DNA of 64,000 nt, taken from the NCBI GenBank assembly GCA_963667845.2, contig CAXXVL010000001.1, positions 32,001 to 96,000 on the forward strand, given 5' to 3'. This DNA comes from Smithellaceae bacterium (lineage in GTDB: Bacteria > Desulfobacterota > Syntrophia > Syntrophales > Smithellaceae). Shown here in pieces: positions 28,492 to 38,796 of this stretch (positions are counted from its first letter, which is position 1; every line of letters starts with the position of its first letter). Position numbers and translations under genes: made by a program. The notes below the pieces were generated by a model. It was not told the DNA's origin. It did no database searches and saw only the letters and a program-made list of their open reading frames with translations.

Positions 28492-29403
28492 TCATCGGGG
28501 CATGACCCGGTCCAGGTTCTTGCGTACTTTTTCCAGATCCATCTGGTATTTGCAGATGACGTTGAGCGTTTCGGAGATCACTTCGGGCGAGAGCTCATGG
28601 ATCTGCAACGCCAGAAGCGATTGCGCCCAGTCGAGCGTCTCCGAAATGCTGGGACTTTTTTTCAAATCGAGCGTCCGGATCTTGCGGATGGCGTCCACCA
28701 GAACGGAGCAGAGCTTTTCCTCAATGGCGGGAATCTTGAGCCTCACGATGGCGATCTCCGTGTCGCGCGCCGGATAATCGATGTACAGATGAACGCAGCG
28801 GCGCTTGAGGGCATCGCTCATGTCGCGGTAATTGTTGGATGTCAAAAGAACAAAGGGAATGTTGACGGCCTTGCGTGTTCCCAGCTCGGGGATGGACACC
28901 TGAAAGTCGGAGAGCAGTTCGAGGAGGAAGGCTTCAAATTCGGGGTCGGATTTATCGACTTCGTCGAGCAGCAGAACCACGGGCTTCTCCGAGCTGATGG
29001 CCTGCAGAAGCGGCCGCGGCTGGATAAAGCGGTCGGAGAAAAAAGCATCCTCCTGCGCGGCGATCTGGTCCACTGCTTCGGTTAGTGTGCCTGTGGAGCA
29101 AATGATGTCGTTGATGCGGTCCTTGACCATCTGCGTGTATAGGAGTTGCTTGGCGTATTCCCATTCATAGAGCGCCTTGGCTTCATCCAGGCCTTCATAG
29201 CACTGGAGACGGATCAATTCGCGATCGAGGCTGCGGGAGACTGCTTTGGCGAGCTCAGTTTTGCCGACACCTGCCGGCCCCTCAATCAGGACAGGCTTCT
29301 GTGTCGCCTGAGCCAGGAAAATGACTGTAGCGATTTCCCTCGACGGAATATAGTCCGCCTGCTCCAGTCTTTGTTGAACATCATTAACACTTTTGTATTC
29401 CAT
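28492..29403 (-). CDS. MoxR-family AAA+ ATPase (CoxD-like)
   Basis: EGPAGVGKT, RLQCYEGLD..KALYEW, LLDEVDK, LTSN..R.MSDALKRRC. Confidence 0.95.
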   Translation of the reverse strand: MEYKSVNDVQQRLEQADYIPSREIATVIFLAQATQKPVLIEGPAGVGKTELAKAVSRSLDRELIRLQCYEGLDEAKALYEWEYAKQLLYTQMVKDRINDIICSTGTLTEAVDQIAAQEDAFFSDRFIQPRPLLQAISSEKPVVLLLDEVDKSDPEFEAFLLELLSDFQVSIPELGTRKAVNIPFVLLTSNNYRDMSDALKRRCVHLYIDYPARDTEIAIVRLKIPAIEEKLCSVLVDAIRKIRTLDLKKSPSISETLDWAQSLLALQIHELSPEVISETLNVICKYQMDLEKVRKNLDRVMPR

Positions 29404-29796
29404 GAAAACCACAAACCTTTCTTCGGAAGTGCATATAACAATCAAGAGATGCGGTCAAGGCAAAGCCTGAAAGGAAAGGAGTCCGGCGCCTCTTTGAATT
29501 GCGGGAGGTGCCGGCTTGAAAATGATCCGGCCGGCCCGCAGAGCCGGCAGGAGAACCGCGCGGAACCGTAAATTCGTATTGTCTATTTTATATACACTTC
29601 CGCCACCTGCGGAAACCGGCGCGCGGGACAGTGAGGCTGCTGCTGTGTTATCGGGCGGGTCATTGGGTTTGGCGATATTTTTTGCCGCATTGAAAAAATA
29701 TTTGACTTCATGAAAAGCCATATGCTACGTATTATACGATTATAAGACTGAGATTTGTTTATTTTTTATACATCCATGTAAAAAGGAGACTGACCA

Positions 29797-31050
29797 ATGA
29801 CGTGGGATGCTGTCATCAACATTTTCCAGGGTGTTACAACGTTAACAGATGCTTTTTCCCATAACCCGAAAATCGCCGTCGCCAGAATTGGCCTCATTTT
29901 ATTTGGCCTCCTGCTGGTTTATCTGGGCAAAAAAGGAATCCTGGAAGCCCTGCTCATGATTCCCATGGGGCTCGGCATGGCTTCGGTGAATGCGGCGATT
30001 ATGTTCTTTGACCCTCTAAACCTGCACGGCGGTACCGGGACGTTTTTTGTGGAAGCGCAGGCGGGAGCCACGGTGGATGCCGTAAAAAATGCCGCCGACC
30101 TGCTGACGATTCTGCAGATTGACTGGCTGCAGCCTATCTACACCTTTACCTTCAGTAACGGCTTGATTGCCTGTCTTGTTTTCATGGGCATCGGTGCACT
30201 CCTGGATGTGGGATACGTTATGGCCCGGCCGTTCCAGAGTATGTTTATTGCCGTCTGCGCGGAATTGGGAACGATCATCACTTTTCCCATCGCGCAGTTA
30301 TTCGGATATACCCCACAGCAGGCCGCCGCCATATCTATTGTCGGAGGGGCGGACGGTCCGATGGTTTTGTTTACGTCCTTGCGTCTGGCGCCTGAACTCT
30401 TTGTGCCCATCGCGATCATTGCCTACCTTTACCTGGGTTTTGCCTATGGCGGTTATCCTTATCTGATTCGCCTGATGATCCCCAAGAAACTTCTGGCCAT
30501 CAAACCTGCGCCTCCGAAAAAGAAACGAGAGATCACGTCCGGCGAAAAGATGCTTTTTGCCGTGGTCGCCTGTATCATTCTGTGTTTTCTGCTGCCGGTT
30601 GCGGCGCCTCTGATCTTTTCGCTCTTTTTCGGCGTCGTGATCCGGGAATCCGGCGTGAAGGAATATATTGATTTACTGCAGGGGCCGGTCCTGTATTTGT
30701 CTACCATGTTTCTGGGGATGATGCTGGGCGTGTTATGCGACGCCAACACCATTATGGATCCCAAAGTATTGCCTTTATTGCTTCTGGGCATTCTGGCGCT
30801 GCTGATCTCCGGGATCGGCGGCATTTTAGGCGGCTATGTCCTGTATTTTGCCACCGGGGGCAAGTACAACCCCTGCATCGGTATCGCCGGTGTCAGTTGC
30901 GTGCCTACCACGGCCAAGGTTGCGCAGAAGCTGGTGAGCAAGGCGAATAAGACGGCCATTATTCTGCCGCACGCTCTCGGGGCGAACGTCAGTGGTGTGA
31001 TTACGACGGCAATTATTGCCGGCATTTTCTGCAGCCTGCTGGCCAAATAA
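29797..31050 (+). CDS. Na+-translocating carboxybiotin decarboxylase beta subunit (OadB/GcdB/MmdB family)
   Basis: E.LL.IP.G.G, FMGIGA..D, IVGGADGP, N.CIG.AGVSCVP..A, GANVSGVI; AAGGAG RBS. Confidence 0.93.
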   Translation: MTWDAVINIFQGVTTLTDAFSHNPKIAVARIGLILFGLLLVYLGKKGILEALLMIPMGLGMASVNAAIMFFDPLNLHGGTGTFFVEAQAGATVDAVKNAADLLTILQIDWLQPIYTFTFSNGLIACLVFMGIGALLDVGYVMARPFQSMFIAVCAELGTIITFPIAQLFGYTPQQAAAISIVGGADGPMVLFTSLRLAPELFVPIAIIAYLYLGFAYGGYPYLIRLMIPKKLLAIKPAPPKKKREITSGEKMLFAVVACIILCFLLPVAAPLIFSLFFGVVIRESGVKEYIDLLQGPVLYLSTMFLGMMLGVLCDANTIMDPKVLPLLLLGILALLISGIGGILGGYVLYFATGGKYNPCIGIAGVSCVPTTAKVAQKLVSKANKTAIILPHALGANVSGVITTAIIAGIFCSLLAK

Positions 31051-31064
31051 AAGGAGCTTATACC

Positions 31065-31190
31065 ATGAGTGGATGGAGAGAAGCATTATTGACGTACGGT
31101 CTGACGATTGTCATCTCTTTCGCCATCGCGGGCATCATATCCCTGGGTGTGACGCTTTTGGAAAAATTTTCCAAGAACAAGGAAAGTTAG
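31065..31190 (+). CDS. 41-aa single-pass membrane protein, putative decarboxylase small (gamma/delta-like) subunit
   Basis: Not in the ORF track. AAGGAG RBS right after the beta-subunit stop; manual translation MSGWREALLTYGLTIVISFAIAGIISLGVTLLEKFSKNKES (one TM helix plus basic tail). Confidence 0.75.
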   Translation: MSGWREALLTYGLTIVISFAIAGIISLGVTLLEKFSKNKES

Positions 31191-31291
31191 TCTTTTAGCG
31201 GATCCCCCGGTCTTTGCCTGACGGTCAGACATTACGGCCTTGAATTTCGGCTAAAATTCTGATTAATCTGTCAGGTAAAGGTTTATCAACT

Positions 31292-34200
31292 ATGACGACT
31301 AAATCAAAACCCGCCGACACGAACGATCGATGGGTTTCATCAGCGCTCAAGGTCAATCTGGAAAGGACGGCGGTGGATGTTCAGATACCGCAGCAATACG
31401 CGCCGATCCTGCAGATTGTGAAAGACCATTACGGGCTGCAGAAAAAGACCCGCGAGCTCCTCACCGAGCTCAATCACCCGTATGCCAACTGGGACTATGT
31501 CCTCAAAGAACTCAAGTCCATCTCGATCGGTGATTTCTACATTTACAACAATCATCCGGAGGGACTGACTGCTTTATCGATCCTCTTAACCATCTATTTC
31601 GACGTTCTGAAATCCCCTGCATCTGAAGATATAAAAGACAGCGCCATTCACTATCTTTTCGACTTCGCCGACGCGATCATCTTGCAGAGCGGTGACTTTC
31701 TCACCAGAAATCTGTCTTTGCTTCCGGGATTCATCATTTCATTGATGGAGATTGCCGATGACGAATCGGCGCTCTTTAAAAAATGCTCATCCTATCTGAA
31801 ACGGATTATCCGGGCGATGATGGAGCAAGGGGTGGACGTTTCCACGCCCGCCTTCGCAACGCTCGTCTATAAGATGTTCCGGGCGACTTACGCCTTTTGG
31901 CTCAGTGAGCCCGATCCCGCGCTGTGGCTCACAGCCTGGCGCACGGCGGAGGAGCCGCCAGCCGACAGCGCTTATCTGGAATTGGTCGAGCCGCTCAGCC
32001 ACCACCGCTTCCGCAAGCTGATGCTGGATCTCGATGCGCTTCGTCGGCCCGACGGCGAAAAAGCCGGAGCGCATCTGGCGGATTTTCTCGACCTGCCGGA
32101 TTATTTTCAGATCATCGACGGGTACCTGTCGGTTGCCGACGCACTGGAAAAATCGGAGGCCTATCAGGGCCGTCACCTGATCAAGCTGGATTTTCTCTTC
32201 GGCGTCATGTCCGTGCCGGGTTTGAGAGACATCCATATCAGCGCCATGCGTGAGATCAATTATTCACTCAAGCTTGTCTTTCAGGAGGAAAAGAAAGAAA
32301 ACCTGGAAGGCTTTGTGCGCAAGATTTTCTCTTTCCTGAAGAAGAATACGTCGCAAAACGAATTTCGCGGCGCGAGCATTGACTGCATTCTAACGGCGGC
32401 GAGGGAGGTCTTTGCACAAAATGCCCATTCGCTGGTGGACGTCTTCATTGACGAGCTCATTGCCTATGGATTTGAGTATCCGGAAATCAAGGGGTCTACG
32501 GCGGACTGGCAGGTGAAGGTCAATCCCGAGCATATCCGCACCATCCGCGCCTGGCTGGAAATTATCGCCATGAAGCCGCGGTGGACCAAAAGGCTCATTT
32601 CCGCTCTCGTCATCAATTTGAAAATCGGCGGGATCTTTATCCGTGATACCGACCTCATCCAGAGGGACATCTCCAAACTCCTCAACACGGACATTGCGCC
32701 GGCCTATAACCTGATCAAGCAGCTTTTGCGCATTTTCCCCGTCTACTTCAGCGAAATCGGCGCCGAGGGCGAACTCAGAGACATCACGACGCGAGTGGAC
32801 GAACTGTCGTTTCGCAACGACCGGCTCATTGATTTTTTCCGCAAGCAATCTCACGTGGAGAGCAACAGCCTGCTTGTCGAATTCACGGAGGACATTTTCC
32901 GCTACTGGTTTTCGGGCGACAAACACTATATCCGCAGGCATATCCCGGACGAGGTCTTCGATCAGGTGGAAAATTCGGGGAAGTACTTCGACGGCATGCA
33001 CCAGGCTTTCCTTTATCTGCTCCCCGGGACGGACAACAACCCCCGCATGTTCCTGGAATGGGACAAGTCCAAGATCGCGCGGGAAATCGGTCAGGTCAAG
33101 GATGTCCCGGACGTGGATCAGGAGCGGGTGTCGCTGATGATCCGCATTTATCAATTGATGTATAAAAAATATTTTCCGCAGTATTTTGATTTGCTCAAAG
33201 ATCTGGAAGCTGTGAATGCGTTTGCCGCTCAGGATATCCTGTCCCTGAAAAGAGCGCTGGCGGACAAGAATTACTATCGCAGTCTGACGATCATCCTGAA
33301 ATTCCTGTCCGTGCTCAAAGCGAGAATTCTTTCGGGGAAGAAGACGCAGTCTTTTGAAAACATTTATCATAAGCGCCATATCGCGGCAGGCATCCCGTCC
33401 ATGTACGGAACCTATCATGAAGAGAAATTCGACGCACTGGGGCTCTCGCTTCGGCTGGAAGCTCTGGGCGGCATGCTTTTCGAGGAACTGATCAAATCGC
33501 TGAATTTGAAATTCATCACCAAGCGCACCCTCATCAGAATTCACACCTATCTGTGGCCCTACCTGGGTGCCCTGGAGCTGGAAGGCATTTCCACGGAGGG
33601 ACTGGTGGCTAAGGTCAAGTACGTCACGAGCGCGCTGCCGATCAAGCAATTCTCCGTGGATCAGTACCTGGATATTTTCCGCTTCATCTCCAAAGGCATT
33701 CAGGACGTGATCCGCGATTATTATATCGACGCCCACAGCATTAACCTGCCGATCATCGTCCGGCAGATTACGCCGTTCGCAGAAGATCCGGTCGCCAAAG
33801 GTGAGCCGGCCGTCAAAAACGAACCGCCGAGGCAGGATGAATTGGTGTATCAGCAATCGGAGAATTTCATCCGGGGTATGATTTCATCTGCATTCGGGCT
33901 GCAGGTGCTGGATAATTTCGTCCACGCCGTCATTAAAACGCTCAATGCGGAATTGGACAAATTCAAGGACAATAAGCGGATCCTCAATTTGCTGATGGAT
34001 TATAACCCGGAGCTGGCTGTCTCCTCCATTTACAGCAAGAATGACAGGCTCGACAACCAGATCCTGCTCGGCAATAAAGGCTACTTTCTCAAAAAACTGG
34101 TGTCATTCGGCTTCCCGGTCCCGCCGGGCTTTATCATTACCACGGAAGTGTTTCGCGGCTATGATGCCGTCTACGGGTACAAGTATATTTTCCGGGATCT

Positions 34201-35548
34201 CGCGGCGCGCGTCGGTAAGGAAATCGCCGCTCTGGAGAGGAAGACCGGCCGGAAATTCGGCGACCGCAACAATCCGCTCCTTCTGTCGGTGCGAAGCGGC
34301 GCCACCGTTTCGCTGCCGGGGATGATGCGCTCTTTCCTGAATGTGGGCATCAACGCGGCCATCGCCGAAACGCTGGGCGGGAAAAAAGATTTCCAGTGGG
34401 CGGCCTGGGATTCCTACCGCCGGTTTCTCCAGACGTGGGGCATGTTCCAGGGACTGAGTCGGGATTTCTTTGATGCCATCATGGACGGTTTCAAACAAAA
34501 GCACGCCGTGGAAAGAAAAATTCAATTTTCACCTGAACTGATGAAGCAGATCGCCCTGGCTTACAGGAAGGGCATTCTCGATTGTAATATTCCGCTGGCG
34601 GACGATCCCATGCGGCAGCTCCGGCACGCGATCCTGCAGGTTTTTGATTCGTGGTATTCCGAGCAGGCCCAGATCTATCGTCATCAGATGCATCTCTCCG
34701 ACGAATGGGGAACGGCCGTGATCGTCCAGGCCATGGTTTTCGGCAATTTTCACGAAAGGTCCGGTTCGGGCGTCATTTTTACGCGCGATCCGAAAAGCGC
34801 ATCGGCCGACGTTACACTTTACGGCGATTTTATCTTCGGCGTGCAGGGCGATGATATTGTTTCGGGGCTCGTCGAAACGTTTCCCATTTCGGAGCGTCAG
34901 CGGGTCACCGAGCACCGCAATACGGCCATTTCACTCGAAGCCACGTTTCCCGATATTTATGCCGAACTGGTCAGAATCGCGGAGATCATGATTTACGAAA
35001 AGGGTTTCAATCACCAGGAAATTGAATTTACATTTGAAGGCCCGCGGAAGGAACAACTTTTTTTGCTGCAGACGCGCGACATGGATCAGACCAAAACCAA
35101 GAGTCTGCGGCGGTTCAAGGACACGGCTTCGCTGCATGCCTCCCTTCTGGGCACGGGAATCGGCGTCAGCGGCGGCGCGCTTTGCGGCCGGGCGGTTTAT
35201 TCCGAAGACGACATCAAGCGGTTTCGCAAGACGGAACCCAAATCATCGCTCATTCTGGTGCGGCCCGATACGGTTCCGGACGATGTCGGCGTCCTTTTGC
35301 AGGTCGAGGGGCTCTTGACGGCGAAAGGCGGTGCGACATCGCATGCCGCGGTGACCATTCCGCAGCTGGGGAAAGTCGGCGTGGTGGGCTTAAACAAACT
35401 GAAGGTTTATGAGCCGGAAGGATATGCCACGCTGGATAATCATACCATCCGGACGGGCGATTTCATTTGTATCGACGGCTGGAGCGGCGCGCTGTATCTG
35501 GGCCGGCACGAAAGAGAAACGGATAAGTATTATTCCATCACGCTGTAA
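31292..35548 (+). CDS. Giant PPDK-like protein (long helical N-terminus + nucleotide-binding + phospho-His swivel domain; no C-terminal pyruvate domain)
   Basis: LLGNKG, PVPPGFIITT, PLLLSVRSGA..PGMM, GTAVIVQAMVFGN, QGDDIVSG, LLQTR, GGATSHAA. Protein ends right after IDG..G. Confidence 0.88.
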   Translation: MTTKSKPADTNDRWVSSALKVNLERTAVDVQIPQQYAPILQIVKDHYGLQKKTRELLTELNHPYANWDYVLKELKSISIGDFYIYNNHPEGLTALSILLTIYFDVLKSPASEDIKDSAIHYLFDFADAIILQSGDFLTRNLSLLPGFIISLMEIADDESALFKKCSSYLKRIIRAMMEQGVDVSTPAFATLVYKMFRATYAFWLSEPDPALWLTAWRTAEEPPADSAYLELVEPLSHHRFRKLMLDLDALRRPDGEKAGAHLADFLDLPDYFQIIDGYLSVADALEKSEAYQGRHLIKLDFLFGVMSVPGLRDIHISAMREINYSLKLVFQEEKKENLEGFVRKIFSFLKKNTSQNEFRGASIDCILTAAREVFAQNAHSLVDVFIDELIAYGFEYPEIKGSTADWQVKVNPEHIRTIRAWLEIIAMKPRWTKRLISALVINLKIGGIFIRDTDLIQRDISKLLNTDIAPAYNLIKQLLRIFPVYFSEIGAEGELRDITTRVDELSFRNDRLIDFFRKQSHVESNSLLVEFTEDIFRYWFSGDKHYIRRHIPDEVFDQVENSGKYFDGMHQAFLYLLPGTDNNPRMFLEWDKSKIAREIGQVKDVPDVDQERVSLMIRIYQLMYKKYFPQYFDLLKDLEAVNAFAAQDILSLKRALADKNYYRSLTIILKFLSVLKARILSGKKTQSFENIYHKRHIAAGIPSMYGTYHEEKFDALGLSLRLEALGGMLFEELIKSLNLKFITKRTLIRIHTYLWPYLGALELEGISTEGLVAKVKYVTSALPIKQFSVDQYLDIFRFISKGIQDVIRDYYIDAHSINLPIIVRQITPFAEDPVAKGEPAVKNEPPRQDELVYQQSENFIRGMISSAFGLQVLDNFVHAVIKTLNAELDKFKDNKRILNLLMDYNPELAVSSIYSKNDRLDNQILLGNKGYFLKKLVSFGFPVPPGFIITTEVFRGYDAVYGYKYIFRDLAARVGKEIAALERKTGRKFGDRNNPLLLSVRSGATVSLPGMMRSFLNVGINAAIAETLGGKKDFQWAAWDSYRRFLQTWGMFQGLSRDFFDAIMDGFKQKHAVERKIQFSPELMKQIALAYRKGILDCNIPLADDPMRQLRHAILQVFDSWYSEQAQIYRHQMHLSDEWGTAVIVQAMVFGNFHERSGSGVIFTRDPKSASADVTLYGDFIFGVQGDDIVSGLVETFPISERQRVTEHRNTAISLEATFPDIYAELVRIAEIMIYEKGFNHQEIEFTFEGPRKEQLFLLQTRDMDQTKTKSLRRFKDTASLHASLLGTGIGVSGGALCGRAVYSEDDIKRFRKTEPKSSLILVRPDTVPDDVGVLLQVEGLLTAKGGATSHAAVTIPQLGKVGVVGLNKLKVYEPEGYATLDNHTIRTGDFICIDGWSGALYLGRHERETDKYYSITL

Positions 35549-35951
35549 GATGCGGGCTAAGATGCGGGCGCATGCCGCCGAGCGCTGGATTCAGGCGTCC
35601 GCCCAAAAGAGAACGCCCACAAGGATTATGTTTAAGGACTTCTTCCTGCAAGTAAAGCATCTGGCAATTTTGGTAAGCATACTGCCTTTTCAAACAGTAA
35701 TCCTTATTGCCTGAAGTCGTAAATCATCGATCGCAATGAAAATACATGATGTCCCCTCGATCTTTACCTGAAAAAGTGGAGAGTATCTACTAAGACTACT
35801 AACTGCAATTTAACATAATGGCGCGAGCATTTGGGGCAGATCAGATAGAAGTTGACATATATTAATTTGTTTCGATATATCTTCATAAGAAGAAGTCTGA
35901 TAAAAGCACCATTTTAGATTTATACAAAAAATACAGATAGAGTTTTGAGAA

Positions 35952-36851
35952 ATGAGAACTGTTGGATTAATAGGATGCGGTGTCTGGGGTTCAAATATAT
36001 TAAGAGATTTAATTAAATTAAATTGCAATGTTTATGTGGTTGACATTGATTCCCGGGCAAGGTCAATGGCTTCTGCAAATGGCGCCTCGAAAGCATTTCC
36101 CAAAATAGTCGATTTACCAAACTGTGATTGCTATGTAGTTGCTGTTCCCATTCCCGATTTAACACAAGAATGTGCTGCTTTATTAAAATATAAAAAACCT
36201 ATTTTTTCGGAAAAGACATTGTGCCTGTCCTTGGAAGATTTCCATCTTTTAAGTAATTTGGGTGGCTCTGATTATATTTTTGCTATGCATAAATGGCATT
36301 ACCATCCTGGCATAGAAGCATTAAGGGTTGTTGCTCAATCAGGAAAGATAGGACAACTCGAAGAATTATGCACAACGAGGCACGCTTGGGTAAAAGATTT
36401 TCATGGAGGAGATGTTTTCTGGACACAAGCTGTTCACGACCTTACTATCATCAAGCATATATTAGGTTATATTCCAGAAGAAATTAAGGCTATTAACATT
36501 ATTAAGAATGAAGATTTATTACCTATTAGTTTTACCGCTATGTTGGGTGGCACGCCCGTGGTTAGCATGTCTGTAAGTGGCAGACACTGCAATAAAATAA
36601 GCGGCGTAAGTATACATGGCAAAAAAGGTTCTGCCTCGCTCCATGATGCTCTTGATGATCATATTAAAATAAGAAACGACTCTGGTGAGGAAAAGATAGC
36701 GATTGATACTACATTTCCTCTCTACTTGGAATTAAAGGAATTTGTTGAATATCTTAGTAATGGTCCAGCGCCGCGCTGCAATCTTCAAAGTGCAAAAGAA
36801 GTAACTCAGGCTATTTTGAATCTCAGAAAGAAAGCTGATTTGAAATTCTGA
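35952..36851 (+). CDS. Gfo/Idh/MocA family oxidoreductase
   Basis: GLIGCGVWG Rossmann motif, EK(T), HD; AT-rich codon use. Confidence 0.85.
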   Translation: MRTVGLIGCGVWGSNILRDLIKLNCNVYVVDIDSRARSMASANGASKAFPKIVDLPNCDCYVVAVPIPDLTQECAALLKYKKPIFSEKTLCLSLEDFHLLSNLGGSDYIFAMHKWHYHPGIEALRVVAQSGKIGQLEELCTTRHAWVKDFHGGDVFWTQAVHDLTIIKHILGYIPEEIKAINIIKNEDLLPISFTAMLGGTPVVSMSVSGRHCNKISGVSIHGKKGSASLHDALDDHIKIRNDSGEEKIAIDTTFPLYLELKEFVEYLSNGPAPRCNLQSAKEVTQAILNLRKKADLKF

Positions 36852-36882
36852 ATTATAACCTTTTTGAAAAGGATTTTTTATA

Positions 36883-37962
36883 ATGAACAGGCAGCCCAAG
36901 GTATTTGCTCCGTCGAAAGTGGCCGTTGATCATCAAAAGCTAGAAGCATATTTAAAGGGAGAGCAAATTTATCCAACAACTATAGAGATGGATTTAACTC
37001 AACTTTGCACACGTTCTTGTCCAGGATGTCCATACTCTGTATCAAGGAGACCAGGGCTTACTTTGCAGATGCCATTTTTAGACAGATTGTTCAACATATT
37101 AGGTCCACATGTCCCTGGTATAGTTTTATCGGGAGGAGAACCAACTCTGGTCCCCCATTTCCCTGAAACGTTGGCACTTGCCAGAAAGAAAGGTTTTAAG
37201 CAAATTGCTGTCATTTCAAACGGAGGGAATGTTCATCAAACAAAAGTAATAGATGCTCTCCTGGAGAATGCAACCGCAATTCGCATTTCCATGTATGACT
37301 GGCAGGAAAATGAATCAGAATATTTTATAACTTCACTTAAGAAAATAGAAGGGCTGCGTAATTGCATTGAAAAGGAAGGCAGCAAGCTCGAAATAGGAGC
37401 TTCTATATTAACTCGTAAGGAATGGAACCATAGGTATGAATCAGTCGGTCTGCAGGCGTTGAATGCAGGTATTAATTGGCTATATTTTCACCCATATTGT
37501 ATTGACTGGGAGAAAGTATATCCAATCAAAGCAGATCAAACAGGCGTTTTGGAGGCAATCTTAAACCTACAGAATTTAGCACCAAAAGATGCCAATATTC
37601 AGGTGCCTTATGAAAGGTATTATGAGACCCCCTTGTATTTCGAAAAACTACATGGCTCTCACTTTTTAATACAGGTAGGCGCAGACGGTATTAACTATGC
37701 CGGTCCAGAATGTAAATATGAAAAAGAAACCGAGTTGTTAAATTTAAATGAATATATGGAAGATGATTTTCTCTGGCATCCGCAAAGATTAAAAATATTA
37801 AATGAGCTGAACAACAATAATTATCGTTTCATCGGCACGAAGCACAGGCCGGTAATATTCAGCGACTATATAGAACGGATAATCCAAAGTCGTGAAAATT
37901 CTGAGGCACGGGCAAATCTATGCAGCCCAGCCAATAGCTTCTCCTATCCTAATATCATATAG
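36883..37962 (+). CDS. Radical SAM protein
   Basis: CTRSCPGC (CX3CX2C), SGGEPT, ISNG, IRIS. Confidence 0.9.
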   Translation: MNRQPKVFAPSKVAVDHQKLEAYLKGEQIYPTTIEMDLTQLCTRSCPGCPYSVSRRPGLTLQMPFLDRLFNILGPHVPGIVLSGGEPTLVPHFPETLALARKKGFKQIAVISNGGNVHQTKVIDALLENATAIRISMYDWQENESEYFITSLKKIEGLRNCIEKEGSKLEIGASILTRKEWNHRYESVGLQALNAGINWLYFHPYCIDWEKVYPIKADQTGVLEAILNLQNLAPKDANIQVPYERYYETPLYFEKLHGSHFLIQVGADGINYAGPECKYEKETELLNLNEYMEDDFLWHPQRLKILNELNNNNYRFIGTKHRPVIFSDYIERIIQSRENSEARANLCSPANSFSYPNII

Positions 37963-37968
37963 GCTTTC

Positions 37969-38796
37969 ATGTTGGAAACTATAGCAACAGTGATTATACC
38001 CACGTTTGGAAATGCCACGTTTGCAGGCTGGGCTGTTAAGAGCGTCCAGAATCAAACGGTAAAGAATATTGAAATATGTATCATATGCGACGGTTCTCCG
38101 GAGAACATGGTCTCTTTTTTTAGGAATATAGAGAAAGAAGACTCCCGCGTTAAGGTCTTCGTGTTTCCCAAGTCGCCACGGACAGGAGAGCCTTATCGGG
38201 ATATTATCATTCGACAATCTACCGGGAAAATTATTTGTTATTGCAGTCATGATGATCTGTGGCTTCCCAATCATATCCAAGAAGTTGAAAAAACACTGAG
38301 GAGATATAAATTCACGCATTCGATACATGCCTGTGTGGACGTGCCACAAAATTTGGATAATGAGAGCAATCTTTTCAATGCGATTAATTGGATTGATCTT
38401 CGGGACAAGAAAATTGTTAAAGAAATGTTCGATGGACAAAATTATTTTGGTTTGACCTTCGGAGCCCACACGAGAGAAAGCTATGACGGGATGGAGGAGG
38501 GATGGGTAACTACCCCGAAAGCGGAAATACCTACAGATCTTTATATGTGGTTGAAATTTCTTTCTGCTTTCGGAAATCAATGCAGGACCACCCCAAAATT
38601 AACAGCCCTGAATTTTCGAAGAATCGACAGGCAAGATTGGTCGGAGGAACAACGCAAAATTGAGCTAAAGTGCTATTTTGAAAAAATACAGGATCCAACT
38701 TTTTTAAAAAAAATCCGTGTGCTGGCGAATCGATCTTGTCCCTTCTTTCAAAGAAAGAAAATAACGTGCCTTGACATAATAGCTCGACTGTTTTGA
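37969..38796 (+). CDS. Glycosyltransferase family 2 protein
   Basis: TVIIPTF, SV.NQT...EI.II.DGS, G..I..CSHDDLW.P.H. Confidence 0.87.
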   Translation: MLETIATVIIPTFGNATFAGWAVKSVQNQTVKNIEICIICDGSPENMVSFFRNIEKEDSRVKVFVFPKSPRTGEPYRDIIIRQSTGKIICYCSHDDLWLPNHIQEVEKTLRRYKFTHSIHACVDVPQNLDNESNLFNAINWIDLRDKKIVKEMFDGQNYFGLTFGAHTRESYDGMEEGWVTTPKAEIPTDLYMWLKFLSAFGNQCRTTPKLTALNFRRIDRQDWSEEQRKIELKCYFEKIQDPTFLKKIRVLANRSCPFFQRKKITCLDIIARLF

